A stretch of 61,513 nt of DNA. Origin: a virus. Its lineage: Duplodnaviria > Caudoviricetes. Below the pieces are notes generated by a model. It saw nothing but the letters and a program-made list of their open reading frames with translations, did not search any database and was not told the DNA's origin. The translations under genes were made by a program, and so were the position numbers. The DNA lies in IMG/VR virus record IMGVR_UViG_3300036770_006790, positions 1 through 61,513 of that record, one strand, 5' to 3'. Shown here piece after piece: positions 59,835 through 61,513 of the stretch (the first letter of the stretch is position 1; each line of letters starts with the position of its first letter).

Positions 59835-60308
59835 ATGTTTACCAAAAAAACATTGATTGGGATTTTAAAAGAGCAGATGGAGTTTGATAGTTGGAAACTT
59901 CCATCATTGGAACAATTAATGTTGGAATATAAGGTTGAACATACCTTAAAAGGTAATGACTTTTGGGATAGTGAATCTGATTTTTTGGAAGCCGTTGAAA
60001 ACGGAGAAATTATATCCATAAGCAAAGAAGAGGACCGAAACATATCATATCGTTCAAGAACCCGTTCAAAAGAGGATCTTCTTTCGTTGATTAGGAGTTA
60101 CCGTTCTTATCCCCAATATAGGAATGAAAAAACAATAGACAAAATCTACGAAGGTTTCATGGAAAATAAACCAATGGATTTGCCCATTGTGATAGAATTT
60201 GCGAATGGAAGGAGAAGAATATTTTCGGGTAACACCCGATTGGATATTGCTTTTCAACTTGGAATTACCCCAAAAGTTTTGTTGGTTCAAAGCGAAACAG
60301 AATATTGA
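59835..60308 (+). CDS. ParB/Srx-like domain protein with leader
   Basis: MDLPIVI...IFSGNTRL; N-terminal MFTKKTLIGILKEQ. Confidence 0.6.
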   Translation: MFTKKTLIGILKEQMEFDSWKLPSLEQLMLEYKVEHTLKGNDFWDSESDFLEAVENGEIISISKEEDRNISYRSRTRSKEDLLSLIRSYRSYPQYRNEKTIDKIYEGFMENKPMDLPIVIEFANGRRRIFSGNTRLDIAFQLGITPKVLLVQSETEY

Positions 60309-60309
60309 A

Positions 60310-60675
60310 ATGGAATTTTATATAAAGAAAAACGCCACATTGCCCTTATTGAAAATGTCCGTTGTGAAAGATGGAAGAAGCGATTTTAGGTCTTTTATGG
60401 AAGACCTTGAAAATTATGCTATGTATTTCACGATGTATGATGTCAAAAGTGGTATCGCAAAAATAATAAATGCCCCAGCGGATATTGTTTCTACCGAATC
60501 TGAAAATGAATATTACATATATTATCAATTCAAAGAACGAGACACCAAAACAACAGGTAGATACAAGGGTGAATTTCTTCTTAAAAATACACAGGGTGAT
60601 TTAATACTCCCATTGAGGGAGGAATTATATATAAATGTTTTGGATTCAAACCTAAAACAAACAAAATGTTGCTAA
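60310..60675 (+). CDS. Putative BppU-like baseplate/Ig-fold structural protein
   Basis: Start re-set to 60310 (MEFYIKKNATLP.L); YQF...DT..TGRYKGEF...LP....L.I.V. Confidence 0.55.
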   Translation: MEFYIKKNATLPLLKMSVVKDGRSDFRSFMEDLENYAMYFTMYDVKSGIAKIINAPADIVSTESENEYYIYYQFKERDTKTTGRYKGEFLLKNTQGDLILPLREELYINVLDSNLKQTKCC

Positions 60676-61217
60676 AAAAGGTATTCATCAAAATATTCTT
60701 TAACTGAATTTTTTAGTTCCACTAAATCAGAGAAATTAAATATAACATCCATTTCATAATCATCCAAAGCTAAATCTGAAACATGGGTTCCGTTATTACC
60801 AATGATATTGTTATTTCTTATTACTCTAATAATTTTTCCGCCCAAACCCTCCAATCTCTTTAGTTCATTTAAATATCTAACATCATGAACAATATAATTC
60901 TCTCCGATGTTAAAACTTGTAACCAAAGCATTGACCCATATATCTTGGTCAATAATGTTTCTTAGACCATCACCCACACCTTGCAATACTTGTCTTCTGG
61001 AAATGTTTAAATATGGAGCTTTGTCAAGTTTCCACTCTTGTGAATAGTCTTTTCCCGAAGGAATTTTTTCGTTAGTTATAATTTCATAAACATCTCTAAG
61101 TTTGTCTGCGAAGGCAACTATTTTAAAATCAAATTGTGGATACAATTCTTTTATTATTTTTGCGACTTCGCTCTTACCTGATCCTATTTTACCTGAAATA
61201 CCTATTATCTTTGACAT
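60672..61217 (-). CDS. Deoxynucleoside monophosphate kinase (T4 gp1-like)
   Basis: IIGISGKIGSGKS, AFADKL, RQVLQGVG, DIWV, DVRYLNE, HVSD. Confidence 0.88.
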   Translation of the reverse strand: MSKIIGISGKIGSGKSEVAKIIKELYPQFDFKIVAFADKLRDVYEIITNEKIPSGKDYSQEWKLDKAPYLNISRRQVLQGVGDGLRNIIDQDIWVNALVTSFNIGENYIVHDVRYLNELKRLEGLGGKIIRVIRNNNIIGNNGTHVSDLALDDYEMDVIFNFSDLVELKNSVKEYFDEYLF

Positions 61218-61233
61218 ATTTAATATTTTGAAG

Positions 61234-61293
61234 CAAATATAGAAAAAATTTTCTTAACCAACTTTCGCAAGAACAATTTTATGCTTATTTTTG
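61234..61293. promoter_or_regulatory. Divergent Bacteroidota-type -7 elements
   Basis: TATATTTG on - (61234-61241) before the kinase and TATTTTTG on + (61286-61293) before the 61332 ORF. Confidence 0.5.
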
Positions 61294-61331
61294 CGAAAAT
61301 TATTATCTAATGAACCTATAATTATCTTATA

Positions 61332-61513
61332 ATGGAAATCACACCAAGTCAAATCGAAGAATTTCTACACGGAACAAATCCAGACAAACATATTGTATCC
61401 ATAGAGTATGATTATAGAACCAATAAGGTTTTAATACTAAAAGAAATTCCCGGAAGAGGAAAGTGTTATAAAGAAGATAAATTAGTTGCATTTTGTTGGA
61501 TGTCCGACATGGG
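61332..61513 (+). CDS. 3'-truncated ORF, possibly the N-terminus of a family B DNA polymerase
   Basis: MEITPSQIEEFLHGTNPDKHIVSIEYDY... is open to the window end. The polymerase call rests only on recollection of related phage proteins. Confidence 0.4.
   Translation, partial: MEITPSQIEEFLHGTNPDKHIVSIEYDYRTNKVLILKEIPGRGKCYKEDKLVAFCWMSDM

Noticed and set aside
61263-61298. Inverted repeat TTTCGCAA-N20-TTGCGAAA
   Set aside because: Short and overlapping a putative promoter element, so it cannot be distinguished from chance or promoter sequence.
1-61513. Stop-codon reassignment as in some large phages
   Set aside because: Long conserved genes are intact in the standard code, and TAG and TGA both end genes (for example capsid TAG, GT60 TGA).

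Overview
AT-rich segment of a large T4-related tailed (jumbo-type) phage genome, standard genetic code. The host is probably Bacteroidota, judged from TAnnTTTG promoters, no clear Shine-Dalgarno sites and a DUF4494-like gene. The window opens with a head module: terminase large subunit with a LAGLIDADG intein, portal with an HNH intein, gp21-like protease, acidic scaffold and gp23-like capsid. Next come two convergent endonuclease/Mom-like GNAT fusions and a set of small effector-like genes (ART-like, HExxH, HD, WYL, ParB-like) sharing a basic (I/L)xE-ending N-terminal leader. These are followed by putative baseplate genes, a gp55-like sigma factor, a ~16 kb glycan-biosynthesis cluster with phoH and dut, and two proteins with long mucin-like TPTNTV repeats. 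Two Fib_succ_major-domain proteins, a GT60 polypeptide-GlcNAc-transferase-like gene leading a second glycosylation cluster (one GT is split at a T10 tract), a dNMP kinase and a truncated final ORF close the window. The best candidates for new biology are a phage-encoded mucin-type O-glycosylation system for virion proteins and a leader-based capsid-cargo system. All calls come from motif recognition by eye; no database searches were run.
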